In this document: one piece after another, positions 62,338 to 64,000 of the stretch | Layout: every line of letters starts with the position of its first letter | How positions within the stretch are numbered: position 1 is the stretch's first letter | NCBI GenBank assembly: GCA_964467915.1 | Contig: CAYXSW010000002.1 | Coordinates: 50,403 to 114,402, forward strand | Direction of reading: 5' to 3' | DNA length: 64,000 nt | Source: an uncultured Marinoscillum sp. | GTDB taxonomy: Bacteria > Bacteroidota > Bacteroidia > Cytophagales > MED-G16 | Position numbers and translations under genes: made by a program | Notes under the pieces: model-generated | The model's input: only the letters and a program-made list of their open reading frames with translations | Told to the model about the DNA's origin: nothing | Database searches by the model: none

Positions 62338-63783
62338 ATGAAAAAAAATAATTCAAAAAAGAATTCAAGAAGAGATTTTATTAAACATGGTACAATTGCA
62401 GCTTCAAGCTTTTTTATTGTTCCAAGATATGTACTTGGTGGTGATGGTTATACATCTCCTAGTGATAAATTAAATATTGCAGGAATTGGTGTAGGTGGTA
62501 AAGGCACATCAGATTTATGGTATGCTTCAAGTGAAGGAAAAGAAAATGTTGTTGCACTATGTGATGTTGACATGGGTGATATTAGCGCTAAGTCAAGAAA
62601 TAGATTTCCAAAAGCTAAATTTTATCAAGATTATCGAGTTATGTTTGATAAACAAAAAGACATTGATGCAGTAACTATCTCTTCACCTGATCATGTTCAT
62701 GCTTTACAGGCGTTAGCAGCTATGGACCTAGGGGTTCATGTTTATGTTCAAAAGCCTTTGACTCATAATATTAAAGAGGCGAGAATGCTTACCGAAAAAG
62801 CAAGAGAAAAAAATATAGTTACACAGATGGGAAATCAAGGAGCATCAAATACTGGTATGAGAAAAGCTCAAGAGTGGTTTGATGCAGGATTAATCGGAGA
62901 AGTTGATGAGGTATATGTTTGGACAAATAGACCAGTATGGCCTCAAGGTATTCCTGTACCAAAATCAGATGGAAGTTCTGTGCCAGAAGGTCTTGATTGG
63001 GATTTATGGTTAGGACCGGCCCCAAAGATAGACTATACTAATGCATATCATCCATTCAATTGGAGGGGATGGTGGGCATACGGAACAGGTGCGTTAGGAG
63101 ATATGGGTTGCCATCTAATAGATGTTCCTTTTAGAACACTAGGATTACATTATCCAAAAGCTGTAGAATGTAGTGTAGGCCAAGTCTTCATTAAGATGTG
63201 GAGTCCAGAATATATTCCAGAAGGCTGTCCTCCTTCTTCTTCAGTCACTTTAGATTTTGCTGCTACTGATAAAAATAAAATTCCTCTTAAAATGAGATGG
63301 TTAGATGGTGGTATTAGACCTCCGCACCCAGACTTAATCCCAGCTAATGATTCTTTAGGAGATGAGAGTAGCTCCAATGGTGTTATGATGATTGGTTCTA
63401 AAGGGATAATTACAACAGGTGTGTATGGTTTTACTCCAAAATTATATAGGAAAGGTCAGGAGACAGTAGAATTTGATACTTCTAATCAACCAGGTAATGA
63501 GTTTGGGCATCAGACAAAATGGGTTAAAGCATGTAAGTCGGGATTTAATAGCTCTGAACATAAAGCTTTAACATCTTCTTTTGATTACTCTGGACCTATG
63601 ACGGAAACAGTGTTAATGGGTAATATTGCCATAAGAAGTTATATGGAAAAGAAAAGTGGCATTGGAAACTCTTATCCAGGAAGAAAAAAATTATTATGGG
63701 ATGGCGATGCAATGAAGATAACGAATTACGATGATGCTAATAAGTTTGTAACTAGAGACTATAGAAAGGGCTGGGAAATTTAA
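62338..63783 (+). CDS. Tat-exported Gfo/Idh/MocA oxidoreductase
   Basis: SRRDFIK twin-arginine signal; IAGIGVGGKG, ALCDVD, SPDHVH, VYVQKPL, GALGDMGCH. Confidence 0.93.
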   Translation: MKKNNSKKNSRRDFIKHGTIAASSFFIVPRYVLGGDGYTSPSDKLNIAGIGVGGKGTSDLWYASSEGKENVVALCDVDMGDISAKSRNRFPKAKFYQDYRVMFDKQKDIDAVTISSPDHVHALQALAAMDLGVHVYVQKPLTHNIKEARMLTEKAREKNIVTQMGNQGASNTGMRKAQEWFDAGLIGEVDEVYVWTNRPVWPQGIPVPKSDGSSVPEGLDWDLWLGPAPKIDYTNAYHPFNWRGWWAYGTGALGDMGCHLIDVPFRTLGLHYPKAVECSVGQVFIKMWSPEYIPEGCPPSSSVTLDFAATDKNKIPLKMRWLDGGIRPPHPDLIPANDSLGDESSSNGVMMIGSKGIITTGVYGFTPKLYRKGQETVEFDTSNQPGNEFGHQTKWVKACKSGFNSSEHKALTSSFDYSGPMTETVLMGNIAIRSYMEKKSGIGNSYPGRKKLLWDGDAMKITNYDDANKFVTRDYRKGWEI

Positions 63784-64000
63784 AACTCATAGTCAAGTCC
63801 TAACTTGTTCTTTAATTCTTTCAAACTACTATTTTTTTTAGATAGATATTCAAACTTATCTTTGTTAGTATAAATTGTTTTTTCTTTTTCTTTTGGTGCT
63901 ACTTCCTTTTTTACATCAATATTTTCAACAAAAACACTTTTAAGTTTTCTGTTTAGTCTATTCTCTAAATTTTCAAAAATTGTTCCTTCTAACTCATTTT
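63780..64000 (-). CDS. dnaX: C-terminal fragment, probably DNA polymerase III gamma/tau (5' truncated)
   Basis: Hand translation: NELEGTIFENLENRLNRK...TIYTNKDKFEYLSKKNSSLKELKNKLGLDYEF*, resembling the Bacteroidota DnaX C-terminal domain; only 72 codons visible. Confidence 0.6.
   Translation of the reverse strand, partial: NELEGTIFENLENRLNRKLKSVFVENIDVKKEVAPKEKEKTIYTNKDKFEYLSKKNSSLKELKNKLGLDYEF

Noticed and set aside
63906-63912. In-frame A AAA AAG in the probable dnaX fragment, like the E. coli gamma/tau frameshift site
   Set aside because: It is only about 40 codons from the stop, has no downstream stem-loop, and this heptamer is common in Lys-rich AT-rich genes.
1-64000. CRISPR arrays, riboswitches or defence systems
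   Set aside because: No regularly spaced repeats, no intergenic gap over about 150 nt, and no cas, restriction-modification or toxin-antitoxin motifs recognised.

Overview
Gene-dense, AT-rich (roughly 30% GC by eye) core-genome segment of a Bacteroidota bacterium. Gene content, TAnnTTTG promoters and the lack of Shine-Dalgarno motifs point to a compact, probably aquatic Cytophagales-like genome (inference). It contains the end of the spc/alpha ribosomal operon, carA-eno-ftsB, aro genes, lysS, lptD/amidase/mlaD, a DivIVA-domain gene, an enteric-type prpBCD methylcitrate operon coupled to dtd, a secreted SH3b-like hypothetical plus a Na+/H+ antiporter, gcvT, rnhB, a Spy-like gene, hutHUI with fused FTCD, pheT, queA, recA, an OmpR-family two-component pair, rplM-rpsI-rpsB-tsf, a Gfo/Idh/MocA-MFS sugar cluster and the 3' end of a probable dnaX. 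I saw no tRNA, rRNA, CRISPR array, transposase or integrase, and I cannot support a claim of a wholly new multi-gene system. The best leads are: two CTAA-N5-TTAG-like boxes built into the recA promoter, an apparently acquired but host-promoter-driven prpBCD-dtd unit, the unannotated 474-aa secreted protein, a recurrent promoter-at-start-codon (leaderless) architecture, 11 of 11 convergent junctions without room for terminators, and a possible glycoside 3-oxidation cluster. All family calls are from motif recognition, not database searches.
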